A DNA stretch of 64,000 nucleotides from positions 21,886,001 through 21,950,000 of the forward strand of contig CP158635.1 of assembly GCA_050273025.1 (NCBI GenBank). Reading direction: 5' to 3'. Numbering within the stretch: the first letter of the stretch is position 1; each line of letters starts with the position of its first letter. The translations under genes and the position numbers were made by a program. Under the pieces are notes generated by a model that made no database searches, was not told the DNA's origin, and saw only the letters and a program-made list of their open reading frames with translations. The DNA comes from Cenococcum geophilum (taxonomy: Eukaryota). Shown here in pieces: positions 41,420 through 56,700 of this stretch.

Positions 41420-44400
41420 GGGCTGGTTTACTAACTTTTTTCCACCTATTCGTGCCCACCTGGTCGACGCCGCCAGGTGGGTCAAATTAAAGCCCAACAG
41501 GTGGATTGTAAGCGCCACTAGCAAGCGCTCGTGCAGGGGTGTAGATTAAATAGGTAAGAGCGGTTCGTTTACTAGAGGTAGTTGCTAAGGTTGCTAGTGG
41601 GCGAAATAGCGGTGGAGCAGGGTTATATAAGCCGCACGCGGGACGTCTAAAGGCTCTATATAAAATAAGTAGTTAGAGCCTTATAGATATAATTAACCCG
41701 TTCTTAATATACGCACCTTTTTTATAGGCGACGACAACGAGCCCATAGAGGCCAGCCCTGTTAACACTACTGCCAGCGTAGCTCCCCCTGCCCCTAGCCA
41801 TAGCCATGACCCAACCGCTACCTTTACCACTACCTCTACCACCACCTCTACACCTAGTATAACGTCCTCTAAAGCTGCCTCTACTACTACCTTACTAATA
41901 TTAATACCTATAATAAAGCTGCTAAAGAAGCAAGTAAGGGCGAATACAGTAAAGAAGGATCTTATAGCTGCTAGTGCTAGTTCCAAGCTACCTATTAAAA
42001 AGACTTAGAGAAATAAGGCGGCAGAGGGCAAGGATCCTAGTAAGAAGCCTTAATTAGTATAGCTTAAGGCGTTAAGTAAGGCGTTTCTAAAGTATATAAA
42101 GCTATTAGTTACCTAAGGCAAAGAGACCAACGGAGCTACATTTAAAGCCACCAATTACGCTAACGCTATTACCTATATTAAAGTTAAATCGGGCTAGGAC
42201 CTTACTCTTAATCAGTTAATAAATAAGTACGATTATTAAAAGGCTATATACCGCAAATGGGAAGCGCATATTAAGGCGTGTTTAGGGTAAAATAAATATA
42301 AGGTTACTGGCTTACTATAAACTAATAAGGAAGGCGTTATAAAGGGCTATTTTAATAGCCATATTAAAAGGAGACCTTTTAAAACAAAATGGCCTATTTA
42401 CTATAAGCAACTAACGGAGCTACTTACTAGTAAAATAGCCCGTGGTAATTATACCGGCATAATTAAGGAGGCGCTTAATAAGGATTCGGTTTAAAACCGG
42501 GGCAATATTAATTTAAATTCGTCTAATTATAATAATAAGGATAGTAAGGATCTAAATATACCGCGCAGTATAGTTAAATAGAGCCTATTTAGTACGCCAA
42601 TCAATAGCTAAAGCCCTACTCCTACACCAGGTATATTAACACCCTTAACACCCTTAACGCCTTCGCGATCCTCCTTAGTATCCTTATTAATATCATTATC
42701 TTCTATAAGCTAATTTCCCTTACCTACGCCTAGCATAACGGAAAAGAGGGCTTAAAACACTAAGAAAGTAAAGAGGCTAGAGTTAATAAAGCGGTTAACA
42801 AAGAACGCGGCCAAGGCTGCCAATTAAAGCCATTTATTAAAGACATTAGCAGTAACAGAAGCTTTAAGTAAGAGTATTAGTAAGACAGCGGCGACGTTTA
42901 AATTATTAAAGATAACGCTATTAGCAATATATAGCTCACCAATTAAGAAGGCTATAGGTAGCTTTATTTATAATTTTAAGTACCTTCCTACTATTAATTA
43001 GTAACTTATTCTAAAAGGATTTAAGGTTAAAAGCAGGACCTATATCTTTAATTCGCTTACCGGTAAAGCTTAAAAAGGGTATATTAAGCAGCTAGTAGTT
43101 AATATAAAACAGCAGTAGTTGCATATTAAATAATTAGGGTCCTTTAGTAGAGAATTAAAGGTTAGTAGTAAGTTAGAGGATTAATATAATATTAATTTTA
43201 GCTCTAATCCTTAAGAGGTATAGGCAAAGTAATTAATCTATAGCTAAATAACCTATCACAACTTTTTTAATAGTGGTGTTGCACGTATTTATAGGTACTT
43301 AAATGCTACGCTTACAGATAAATTACATCTACTACTTCAGTCTTTATAAAGATAGGTAATTGTCTAAACGAGGTTATCTGTAACTAATTAGGTTAGTCAC
43401 GTGAGCTAAGCGAGTTTAGGAAATCCACCAAATTCCACCTATAGAATAGGAGAATCAATAAGCATCAATTAAAAATCAGTTACCACCCCTATACTATTAC
43501 AATAGCAATACGTATCACCGGAAGTAATACCGACACTAATTAGTGATTACAGATTAGGAGACGTACTACCTACGAAGAGAGACGAGCTTAATTAGTCTCT
43601 GCTTGCAGGCCTCTACCGAACCTGTTTGCTAAGGAGTATTAGTTAATATATATCTAAAGAACCAACCCCCTAATAGGCCCTTAATTCTTTATATATAGTC
43701 CTTAGGTACTTAAAGAACCGACCCCTTAATAGGCCCTTGGTTTGCGTCTATTACGTACTCTAAAAGGCGTTAGGTATTTAAGGAACCAACCCCTTAATAG
43801 GCCCTTAGTTTTGTATTTATTACGCGTTTTAGAACCTAAAAATTAAAACTTAATAAGATAAAGAACCTTAGTTCGCGTCTATTACGCGTTTTAAACCCTA
43901 TAACTATTACACGAACTTACCTGTTATTATAAGAACCACTATAACAGATATTAGGCAATAAGTTAGAGAAGGACAAAAGAAGTAGGGCAGAGGAATTAAT
44001 ATAGACTCTAATAACATTAATATTACAGACATTAATAACTTCGTGTAGTTTAAGACCTTAGAATATAAGGTCTATAACTTTAAAGATAATAAACTATAGG
44101 AAGCCTATAAGGATAATTTCTAGAACTTTATAGTATAAATCTTCAAAAACTGCAACTAGATATATATTAGAAAGCTTCGATTACTCCTACGGACTAACGG
44201 CGTATAGGTAAGAAAGCATAGGAACGCCACAGTTCCTAAATCGCTATTTAATACCCTATAAGAATAAGAACCTATAGAGTAGACTAAGCTTAAGATTAAA
44301 GAGTATATAGCAGCCGGAGGGAAGTTTAATTTAGGACAAATTAACTACCTCCTTAAAAACAACTTCGCTAGTGCCAGTACTAGTACTAGTACTACTAAAA

Positions 44401-47400
44401 ATCTAATCTTATAAACTACTATTGAAACCCCAACCTTAACCTCACTAACCCTATAACCTATCTCGTTAATATAACCCACCTCGTTAAACCAGGGTTTTAG
44501 TAAGGAGTTAATAAACCTTATAAAGATATATACAGAAGACAATAAGTACAGTAGAGAAGATAACAACTTTAACTTTAAACTTACCATCTTCTATAACCTC
44601 TGTAGCAGAGCTAATATACCCCAAAAAGCTAAGGTTAAAGCCTACCCTATAATACTACGTGGCTTAGCACTTAACTATTACTACACTAACCTTAAGAACG
44701 TTACCATAACCCTTTTATTTAACTAAATCTATAACGCCACACGTAATTACTTTAAGGGACCTAAGTATAAGCGTAGTATACTAGGGCAATAGAACTCAAT
44801 AACCTTAAGGTCTATAATAAGTAAAGGCGAGAATACTAGAAAATTAACCCTAGACTGCCTATAGTTGCTTATTAAAGAACTAAGACACCTCTAGTACGGT
44901 CTTAACCTAGATTTACGCATAGATAAGTTTCTTTATAATAAGCTTATTAACGCCTGCTAGGAGTTACTAGTGTATTAATATACCTGCTTTAAACCCTCTA
45001 ATAGCTTAACTGGCCTAATTAATAACTTACAATCCTCTATTACAATATTTAAAAAGTTAAATAGTAAGAACCCCTAAGCCTACTTTACCAACCGCCGCTA
45101 CCACAGACAATACTCCCGATTACCTTATAAAATATAATCATCCTTATCTAGCTAATATACATTATTAAAGAAGCGCTGCTTTATCTGCTATAAAAAAGGC
45201 TACTGGTTATCTAAATACTTAAAAGAAGAACGCGACGAATTAAGGAAGAAGTTTAAGGATAGACTTAACCGCCGCTTTAATAGGCACGCTAAGTAATATA
45301 TTACCAAGTACGAGGGAATAAATTATAATAATAAACTTAACTTAAAATCTACTAATAACGCAATAAAAGCCCTTATAATTAATATTAAGTCACTACTAGT
45401 ATCTCTAGCTTAGGAATAGACTAAACTATTTCTTACCTCTTCTAGAATAATACAGTATAAAGGAGCTACTAATACTATAACTGACTTAGCGGACTAATCC
45501 TTTACCTATATAATTACCGGTACTAACCTAACTACTTACCATAATAACCTAGACCTATTTGCCTACGTTACTACTAGCTAATATACCTCTAATAAGTTCT
45601 ATAGAGTAATAATTAACACTAGAGCTTTAAAGAGATCAATAGCAGGTTATAGATAATACCTTGTATATAGGAAGACCTATAACACCGTTATTGATACCTT
45701 AAAGGCCGGCGCTATTAACGTCTAGTTTAGCATCGGCTCTACCTCTTCTATTAGCTCCGTTATAGCTAATATACTAGTTAGCAATATCGAATTTTATATT
45801 ATAAAGGCTGATATACCTTTTCTACTATATCTCGCAGATATGGATATACTAAAGGTCTATTATAACAACCTTAAGAATATCCTAGTTACCCTAATAAAAT
45901 CGGTGCTAGTAGTTCGCTAATTTGGTTACCCCTTCCTATTATAGAAAGAGTTATTATAGTTATTTATAACCCACTTATTTAACCAAAACCCTTACTACCT
46001 AACTACTACTAAACTCCGCCAACTCTACTGCCGCTTTAGATATCTATCGGCAGATAAGCTATATAAGGTACTAGAACGCTCTAGCTACGATAATATTAAT
46101 AAGTAGGTCATCGACTACCTTACTAAGTACTACTCCTACTACTAGAAACACGGCAAATCCCTTAGATGGTTTAAGTTCATATTATAAAAAGACTAAAATT
46201 TTGATTTTAACTATTCTATTTTTATTAATATCATATATATTAATGGAAGCCCTATCCTCTATATAATTAATAAAGCTACTAGATTTTAAGCCGCGAGATA
46301 GCTACGTAATATCTCCGCAAAATATACCTGGGATATCCTACGACTCTGCTAGATTAACACCTATATTAGACCACCTGACTACATTACCTATAACGCTAGG
46401 AAGAACTTCGTAAGTAAGGAATTTTAATAGCATGCTATAGCAATGGCTATATTAACCAAGAGCGTCCTAGTAGAAGCTTACTAGTCCATTAGAATGGTAG
46501 AAAGAGCTTATCTAATCCTACGCCAAGTATACTAAATAATTATAGAGGAGCTATAGGACTTAGGAATAACTAAAGAACTGGCTTTATAAATAGCGGTAAA
46601 GGCTACTAATAATATAGCTAGCCTAGATGGCTTAGTCCCAACACTTCTTATCTTTAGTGCCTACCCTTAAATAAGTAAACTTAACCTATTAGCACCCTCT
46701 ATTATATAGCGAGCGGCAGCTATAAAGAAGGCAATAGAGGAGATTGTAAGGATTAGGGTAAAGAAGCAAGTTAATAATGTACTGAACTAATAAAATGGTC
46801 TATCTGTCACTACAATCTATAACCTCCCCCTTAACTTAGATATACTTGTATAGCGTAAAGGTAATACTAAATAAAGCGGTAGATAGACTAGCCTATTTAA
46901 GTTGCTTGGAATTAATAGAGAGATATATAAGGTATAGCTCCCTAGTAGACCTACTAACTTTAAGACTATAGCAGTAAAACTATACTTATAACCCGAACTA
47001 GAAGAACTGACTAAGGAACTAACTAAGGAACCAACTAAGAAACTAACTAAGGAATTAATTAAGGAACTAACTAAGGAACTGGCAGCTACTATACCCCTCT
47101 AAAGATTAAAACGGATATAATAATCGCCGATAAAGTCCTAGCAAAATATTATAGACGTATTAATATTTATTAACAACAGCCTAACAAAATCTGACACTAT
47201 AACCTCTAAGTATACCTTACTGTTATTTATAAAGTCTTAACGCAAGGAGATAAACGGTTTACTTAAGAAAGGCGTCTTTAAGTTTACCAATACAGCAGAC
47301 GTCCTAAAAGGAGTTAGAATCTTTAACTCCTAATTTATTAACAAGATTAAGAACGCCGGAATAGATAAGGCCTTTAAGAAGTCTAGACTGGTTGTATAAG

Positions 47401-50400
47401 CCTATAACGATTATAGCAAAGATCTAGTTCTAATATAGTTACTAACTATTTAACGTGTTAGCTAGAGAATTATTCTAGTACTTATAGCAACCCTATAAGG
47501 AAATAAAAGAAGACTAGCCTCTTTATACCTGCGCGATATCTTATAAGCTTATGTATAGTCCAGCACCCACCTAAACAGAGACTTCTTTGTACGCCCGCTA
47601 CTAGAACTTAGACTAAAAAATAGATTAATTCTAAGAGTTATTAAACCACTATACGGTGTCCTGGAAGCTGGTAACCACTAATTTAATATATACTACCGCC
47701 ACTACCTTAATAAGCTATGGATAAACTAGTTAATATATAACCCCTGCTTATTATATATAAACAGCAATAGCTTTAGAATTATAGGATTGCAGACTAATAA
47801 TATACTATTCCTTGCTAATAAAACCTTTACGGAGGCTAAAGAAGCTAAACTTTAGGAGGCAAAGTTCCTAGTAAAAGAGAGAGAGAAGCTTACGCTAAAT
47901 ACCCTAATTAAGTTTAATAGAGGCTATATTAAGCAAGAAAAAGATTTAATAGCCCTTACCTAGGAACGTTAATGCTAGAACCTAAAGCTAGTTACTATAA
48001 AGGCTATAGACCTAACTAGCTCTAGAGGGGAAGTCCGTAAGGCAGTTATACTAAAGGACTAGTACGTTGCTTAAAGAGCAAGAGGAGCCTATATCGCCAT
48101 AGTCTATTAACCAGAAGCTGCCTTTAACCTCTCCTTTACGGTATAAGTTATTAACCTAAAGGAAGAATATGCGAAGTAGCTTAATAAGCAGCTATAATGG
48201 CAAATTAATAATCCCTCCTAAGGACTTTGTTTCGTACAACTTAATATAAGCACTCTTAAACTAATAATATTTACGGACTTATCCTTTACTAATAACTATA
48301 ACCTCTCCTTTTAGATCGGCTTTGTTATTATACTTACGGATAAGGATAATAGGGCTAATATTCTCTATTAGTTATCTATTAAGTGCAAGCGAGTTATATA
48401 AAGTGTCTTAGCATCTAAACTATATGGCATAGCCTATGGATTTAACACCGGAGCTGCGATTAAAGCAACCATTAAGAAGATCCTATAACTTAAATAACTA
48501 CCACTTACCCTTTATACCGATTTAAAATCTCTATATAACTGCCTAGTTAAACTTGGGATAATATAAGAGAAACGACTTATAGTTAACCTAATGTGTTTAC
48601 AATAATTATATGAGAGAAGAGAAATAGCAGAGATTAAATGGATTGACGGAGGCAGTAACCCTATAGACGCTATAATAAAATTAAAGCCTTACCAGGCGTT
48701 AAAGGACCTAATTAATATGAATATAATTAAGCTATAGGTTACCAAGTAGGTAGAGAAAGAAGATGTTAAAGTAGGAATAGAGTGTGTGAAGATGTTAAGC
48801 TAGCCGCTAAGGCGCTAGTACTAAGCGAGCTAATAGCGATTTTCCATCCCGGGGATGGAAAATTGTGATTAGTTACTTTAACTACCTAGCAGAATTTGGC
48901 AGAACTTAATGGAATTTAGTGGAACATAGCGGAATTTAGTAGAACTTAATAGAATTTGGTGGAATATGGCAGAATTCGGCAGAACTTAATAGGACCTGGC
49001 AGAACTTAACGGAATTTAGTAGGAGGCGTGCTTAAGCACCACTAAAAACTAAATACTCCTAGTGTCTGAACGAGGTTGTCTGTAACTAATTGGGTTAGTT
49101 ACGTGAGCTAAGCGAGTTTAGGAAATCCACCAAATTCCACCTGTAGAATAGGAGAATCAATAAGCATCAATCAAAAATTAGTTACTACCCCTACACTATT
49201 GTAATAGCAATACGTATTACCGGAAGTGATACCGACAGTAATATTACTACTAAAATTAAATATCGTCTTCCTCTAGAACTTCTAGGACCTCTACTTTAAC
49301 TACACCTAAGCCTTACAGCTAGAACGTCCTAATACTACTCCCATATTATATCTGCTATATCCTCCCACCGCTAGCTTATTACTTGCTTACTAATATTATA
49401 AGAAACTATACAGTTGTCGGTATCTAAATTGTCCTCACTTTTATAACTAAACTCGTCCTTATATATATTATAGCTGTTCTAGTTTAAAAAGTTATAAACC
49501 GCCGTTAACGCCCATATAATCTTTACCTGCGTCTTTTAGGTATAGCCTCTACGGCCTTTATTAAATATTAAAAAGCGCGCTTTAAGTACACCAAACGTAC
49601 GCTTAATAACATTCCTTAAGGACGTATAGCGTAGGTTAAATAGTTTATACTTATCCTTTAGCCTCTGCCTTACGCTAGCCTACTCTTTTAAATAATATCT
49701 AACCTTTTATATAGTACTAGGACTAAAGGATTATTAGCTATATATCCGGCGTCTACTAAATAGTATTTTTCTAATAGTATATAGAAGCCTTAATCCTTCG
49801 CAAAACTAAGTACCCAGCCATTATATACAGAGCCTTCCCACCTAGGTAAAATATACACAAAGTTTATATCAAAATCGCACACCGCAAGCACGTTCTACGA
49901 TATCCAGCCCTTCCTATTTCGCCATGCAAATTACTTAGCTACTAGCACCAAAATAGGCATATACGAGCCGTCGAGCGCGCCTATATAGTCACTAAAAAAA
50001 GGCCACATTTTATCGTCAGATTCGATCCGTTTAGGTGTGCAACTAGGCAGTAGTTTAACGATATCTTTATGCAGCTTATATAGAGCATTAAGAACTTTAT
50101 AAAAAACGCTTATATAGGTAAGTTCTGGTCCTCTATAACTTTAAATATTAACTACCTATAGGCTAATTATACGAGTTGAATATTAAAACTCCTACCCAAC
50201 TATCCTCATACTTAGCCCCCCCCTATATAGCGCCATAAATATCATTAGCTTTTACTCCGCCGATATATATTCCTACAGGCGTAATTCGTATTTATTAACC
50301 AGCCGATTAAGCAGCAATTTAAACATCCTTTAGTCCATATAGGTAAGCGTTTTAATCGCCTTAGGAGGACCATATAATAGCTCTACTATTATTACCTCAC

Positions 50401-50956
50401 CGCGCAAAGGATCAAATATCTGCTAGCGCTTACTATTTAATATAGGAAGGTTTTTCGCACCTTTAATAAGCATATAGAACAGCGCCAGCAGCGCATAGAG
50501 GCCTATGTATACTGCTTTAGATATATAAGGCTTTATACTTAAGGTTAATAAGAATCACGTAATCTTTTAAAAAAACATTACAATTAAGGTCAGATTAATT
50601 AAATAGGTCGCCTAGGTCACCCAAATAGATATACAGGACCCCCCCTTTTAAACAGAGGGTATAGGTAGGATTCCACCTATTCAACGGCCCAGGTAGGTAA
50701 ATTCGCGCAGTCTATACTACTTTTGGCTATATAATCGCGGGAAGCGCAAGAACGTCAAACAGGCCAGGTAGAATATTAATTTCAGCTGCCAAGATAACTC
50801 AATAGGTAGAAATCGAACAGGTGAGGTAAACAAAGCAGCTCCTACCTGTTGGATATTTGATCGACCTGGAAATATCGACCTGTTCGTTCCAGGTGGGTTT
50901 TTTGGGCGACGAACAGGTGGGCGCGATCAGGTGAAAAAAAGTTAGTAAACCAGCCC
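41420..50956. mobile_element. PIF/Harbinger transposon with convergent putative Myb/SANT ORF (+, ~41800-43250) and DDE transposase (-, ~50530-49300)
   Basis: TIRs gggctggtttactaactttttt; TTA TSD; de-RIP motifs 'GALDGSH', 'QNVLAVCDFD', 'YLVDAGY', 'FNLRHASLRNVIERTFGVLKARF'. Confidence 0.92.
43361..49237 (+). mobile_element. Ty1/Copia LTR retrotransposon, RIP-degraded
   Basis: 175-bp LTRs (43361-43535, 49063-49237); TSD GTAAT; domain order gag - PR ('IDTGA' ~45612) - IN - RT ('KSRLVVQAY', 'KPLYGV.EAG') - RNase H. Confidence 0.93.
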
Positions 50957-53754
50957 TTAGCAGCTCCGACGATATCCATGATTTTCCCTATACTCGCGGT
51001 TAAATCACTCAACCACAACGGCTTAAAATACTAAGAAAAGTTTATCGATTAGAGAGACGACCCGATATTTTATAGATATTGGGTTTAAATTGGCCCATAA
51101 CCCCTAGGAGCTGTGCTTATTTTTGCCAAAAAAAAAGTCGTTATTAGGGATTGTAACATTATATATAACGTCGCAAAAAGTATATATATAAGAGCCAAAA
51201 ATTAATTATTTATAGACCTAGCTCGTGCGATTATTTTAAGCCTATGTGCAGCCCTAGACCTTACGTGGGTAGCTTTAACAATTTTATTAAAGATTGTATA
51301 TAGCTCCCTATACAAATTTAGACAACGCGGCGAGACTTAGCTATAATGTCGCAGCAGGCGCATATATAAGGCCCAAAAGTTCATTAATTATAGAGTTAGT
51401 TCTATAGATTAATTTAATAATATTTATAAAATAATAGCTGTTATAGGGCTATAGATTAATTTCATTAAAAAAGGTGACTGCTTTTACATACAAACAACGT
51501 CGCATCGCTTAAGAAACGTTGGAAAAGTCCCTCAGACCATAGAATCAACTTTTTGACAAAAAAGGTTAGCGATATCCGCTTGCGGATATACGTAAGTCCG
51601 CTAATTGATTCTTCGGTCTGAGCTTGCTAAGGTAACACGATTAATACGATATCTCATATCGTATCGAAGTATCGTGATATTCCTTGGCATTCCCCATTAA
51701 ATTTTCTTTTACTAAATCTACTGCTTTTCTACTTTAATATTATACAAAACATGGCTTTAGAAGCGGATTTATCTCTTCTTAAAAATACTCCTAGCTTAAT
51801 TAAGAGCTCTAGCATACAACAGGCTCAGCTTTAATCTCCAGTCTATAAATTTACTCGCCCACTATACGAAAATAAGCTAATATACGATAAAAAGAACCAA
51901 AAGCTTATATACTGCAATCAGTACGAAAGTTACTTAGCACTATTAACTATAAATATAAAAAAACACCTTACAAAAGACCATACAATCTCTATTAACTTAA
52001 AATAGCCTTATATAAAGAAGTAAGCACTTAAAAAGCTTTAGGAACTTTAGGTAAAAATAGTATTAGAATTTAGGACAGATAAAGTTAATTCTATAATCCT
52101 TATAAAGGTTCTAAATAAGGAAGTTATCCAATAAGCTCTTATTAACTTAGTTATTATATAAAACCTTCTATTCCGGATTATAGAGTAGGAAGAGTTCTAT
52201 ATTTTTTATTAGGCTCTTAACCCAAAGTTATCCAATTCAATAACAACAGTATACTTAAAAATTTCTTAGATAATTACCCATTCCTTCTAGTTATAGAAAG
52301 ACATTATATAAAGACAAGTTTAATTAGCGTTAATAAGTATTTATCTTTCTATTAATATCTAGATGTCCCTAAATAACCACCTTCTTCTTACAGTCTGCGC
52401 CCACTTTATTAATAGCCAGGAAAACTAAATAAAAGCTCTTTTTACCCTTTATACGGTACCTAGTTATAATAAAGCTAAATAATAGAATACCCTTCTCCTA
52501 GTCTTAGAGGAGTATAGGATTATATAAAAGCTTAGAGCTATTATTATAGATAATTCTATAATAAATAATACTCTCTATTATACAATCTATAAGTATCTCG
52601 CCAATAATAAGGATATTACCTAGGATCCTATCTAATAATATATCCGCTGCCAAGGGTATACTATTAATCTCGCCGTCTAGGCCTTCCTCTTTAAAGATAC
52701 TCTTAAACTTAAGGCTATTAAGTTATATAAAAGGAATAATATAAGCGGAAAGGAGCGAAGTTATAAGGAAGAGATTAAGTAGAAATAGGTCTTCTAAGTA
52801 ATAGGCCTACTTAGCAAGCTTTATAATATTATAGTATACTTCCATACCTTAGTAAGCTATATAAAGGAGTTTAAGACTTTAGTTAGAAGATAAGTTCTAT
52901 TTAATAATTATATAAAATAGAATAGCTGGTATTAAATACTTAGCGTCTTACTTAAGCATAAGTTAGGAATTAATAACTATATTAAGAGCAACTTTAATAT
53001 ACTTAAGGAGGATTATATCTTACCACAAAACTAGAAGCTTTTTTATACAATTTATACTTTTCTAAAGCCATTCTACCGTGCAATATTAGAGATATAAGGG
53101 GATTATATAACACTTAATTAAGTACTCTTTACAATAGATATACTTATTAAATATATAGAGAACTCTCTTATATAACTCTTCTTTTAGCCACTTTATTTAA
53201 GCTAAAGCTAATATTATATAATAGGCACTCTTTAAATTAAATAAAGCTCTCTTACTTCGAGTAAAGAATGTATAGGCGAAGTTTAACGAGTACTACCAGA
53301 GAACAGATAATTCGCCTCTTTACGCCGCTACACTTATTCTTTACCTAAATCGTTATATAAAGTATATTAAGACATTTTAAAAGAAGGAGTAGTAGAAAAT
53401 AGTACTTTTAAAGGTCTAACGGCTCTAGGAAACGTACTAAGAATTAAAGAAGCCTATTACCTCTCTTTAGATAGTATTATATAATAAGCTATTATAAGAT
53501 AAGTATAAGGAACTTAATAAGTACAATTAAATTATAAATAAGTTAAAAAAAAAGGTTACTTAACTAGCAAGCCAGGATAAGTATAAGGACTACTACTCTA
53601 AAGTACTATACGAAATTAAAGTTTCTCTACTTTAGTAGTAGTCTTAAGAACAACAAATAAAGCGCTAGCTGCAGCTTTTACTCTTTATAAAAAAGGTACT
53701 TTTAATTCTAGCTATAAGCGACGAACCAAAGAGAGTATTTTTAAAAGGATATTA

Positions 53755-56700
53755 ATAATTCATTGCTTAACGTCCGATTTAGATCCCTACTAGGCCCACG
53801 CGGACTACTCCTTATTTACATATGGGGAGAAAACTCTATTTAAGAAAAATGAGAAAACCCCGTGATCCATCTCCCTGCCTTTTGGGACTCGCCTACTTAG
53901 CGCCTATAAGTCGCCTATAGTGCTTTACTACCTTACTATTTAACCTTTTTGGGAACTACTGCTGCCGTAATAAGCCTATAGACGCGCTAGTATTATAAAC
54001 TTTTACTCTACTACTATAGAGTTACTAGGGGGCACCTGCTACTCGCCCCCTTACCTTCTATTACTATTTCCCTTGCAACTTAGAACTAATTTAGTATATT
54101 TTAACTAATAAGCCACTAGGTAACCGCCTTAAGGCCTTTTTATATTAAGAGTAGTGTATTATAGTTCTCTGTGCTAGCTACTAAGAGTATTATTTCTTAA
54201 TTGGTGCGTAGGGGGCATAGCAGTATTACGTGTTTTGGTGTCTGTCTTAGCCAGCTATATTCGCATCTTAGGCTATTTACTAGGATACCCACCCAGTAAA
54301 GCCAATCTTTTAGTCCTATTATTCCTGTTCTTAAGAGTATTACTATTATATTTTCTGCCTTTATTAGGCCTTCTCGGAGCCCTTAGATATTTACCCCCTA
54401 TAGCGTTAACTATACTATAGCTTAGGTTTGTCTTGCCTAAGTTAGCCTCTATACCTTTAACTCCTATTTACCTCTCTAGCGTTGGTCTAACTAGTATTGT
54501 ATTATGGTAGATAGTTTCCCGGCGTTCTTATATATTCTACTTTAGCTCCTTTCTCTATCTTGCTATTATTTTTACTAACCTCTTACGCGTCTCCCTTTCT
54601 CCTCTATATAGGCCTGGGCCCTAAAGCGGCACCATTTTTCTTCTACTTTCTTTACCTATTTCTCTAATATCTCTTTCCTACTTTAGGGTTGTTGGTTTAT
54701 TCTCCTACGGGGCACCCTAGGGTCCCTCTATAGTTTACTTAGGCGTGTCTTAATATACTTTATAACATTAGAGTTATATTTATTTTACGTTCTTTATATT
54801 ATAGCGGCTTTAATATATAACTATAGGGGGGGAATATTAGATTCCTTCTTAAGCAGTGCTGTAGCCGTTTGCTTATACCCGCCTGTAATACTCTAAAGGT
54901 AGGCTATTTAAACCTTTTAAAGTGGTTTAAGGAGTGATTTTAGGGGGCCCTTCTTAGTTTCTCCAATGGCCCAGATACTAGATCTATATATTATAGTTAG
55001 CCGGACGACTACTATATATAGTAGGCGTAACCTCTAAAAGCATAGACCCTATATAAAATTAACAATCCTAGATAAAGCGATAAACTGTGCTTAGCCTTTA
55101 TGGGCCGCTTATACCGCATATACGCTCCACTAGAGCTTACTATCTACCTATACTCCTAATACCCTTAGGCCCTAAACTAGTTAACCCCTAAAGCCTTAAA
55201 TGCGAATTATATGCTAAAGATCTGTAGATTAGTTATATTTTCTTATAAAATGGATTAGCTGGTATTTCTCTAGTGAGAATTAGATTCTATAATGTTTTGC
55301 CTACTCTATATAAGTGTTATAGGCTTTCTCTAGTGTTCTGCAGTTCTCTGCGGCTATTAGCCTGTATATAATTAGGTTTATATCGTTAATAAAGCCTATT
55401 CCCTAGGTCGCCCCTTCCTTAAAGAAGTTAAGTAGGTTGCTTATAAAGAAAAGGAAGAGTATAGGTAAGAGGGGTAATCCTTATGGTATTCCTGTTGTAA
55501 CTATAATAGGGGGGCTCTGGTATCCGCTAAAGACCAGTAATATTTCTTTTTAGCCTATAAACCCTTAGATAAATTATATAATCTATTTTAGGAAGCCCTT
55601 TACCCTAAGGATATATAGGAGACGCTTGTGGGGTATATTATTATAGGCACCACTAATATCTAGGCTAAGCATTAATACTATAAAGTCCTTTTGCATCGCC
55701 TATGTAGATTTAATAGTGGTAGCGAGTAGCGTAAGTGCTAATAGTGTTAAGCGGTTCTTTTTTGCCCCTATTTAGCTTTATAGTAGTAGGGCGTATTCCT
55801 CTACCATATCTACTATATGTTCCGCTATTACCCTTTCTAAGATCTTGCTAAGGGTGTTTTCTAAGGCAATAGGGCGGTAGCTTCCTAGGATTAAGTAATC
55901 TGCTTTACCTTCTTTTTATAGAACAACTGTTATTATAGATCTTCCGAGTCGCGGGTAGTAGCCTATAGTAAAGTATGCTCTGGCTATATCTATAAGCTAA
56001 GGTGCTATAAGTGGCCCACAGGTTTTTAGGGCCTTATTTAAAATCCCATCTGGTCCTAATGCTATATTATTTAAAAGGCGGCTAATAGTTCTAGCCATTT
56101 CCTCTATTATTATATCGCTATTAACCTATAGGTAAGTCACTGGTATTTCGCCCGTGATATTACTAAGGTCTGCTAGAGCCGATTAAGGGAAGAACCTTTC
56201 TATAAGGATCTTTACCTTCTTATTATTATCGTTTATAGCCTGTGATTCTCCTACTCTTTATAGGGGTGGTAGGTATAGGTCTTCTACTAGGCGCCCTGCC
56301 TTTTTCTTTACCTATTTTGCTATATCCCAAAGGCCCTTATTATAGGGGAGGCTCGGGTTAGAAGTATATTTATTTATAAACCGTCTCTAGTTATTCCTTA
56401 CTTCTTTTTTTAGGGTATTCTTTAGCTGTTTCTTATATCTTTATATCGTCTCTTATCTTTAGGGTTGTGGCTACTTATATATTTCCTTCTTACTTATTAT
56501 TAGCTAGTAACTAGAACTGCGCATTATATAGACTATACGTGTCGCGTATAGGGGCCCAGTTTTAAGATCGGGCAGTGCTCTTCTAGCCCATTTTTAATTA
56601 CTGCCTAGATCCTTTCTAGTCTTCGGTCGATTTCCTTAGGGGTAGTCAATAGGCCTCGCTTATTTAGTATTAGGTGGATTTCTTCTAGGTCTTAAAGTTG

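Larger units (their letters stand above)
41297..51635. mobile_element. Non-autonomous Mutator-like element (~0.8 kb once the PIF insert is removed)
   Basis: 9-bp TSD cacgattaa (41288-96, 51636-44); imperfect ~130-bp TIRs starting ttacctcagcaagc and sharing gtctgagggac.tttccaa.gtttctta. Confidence 0.8.
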
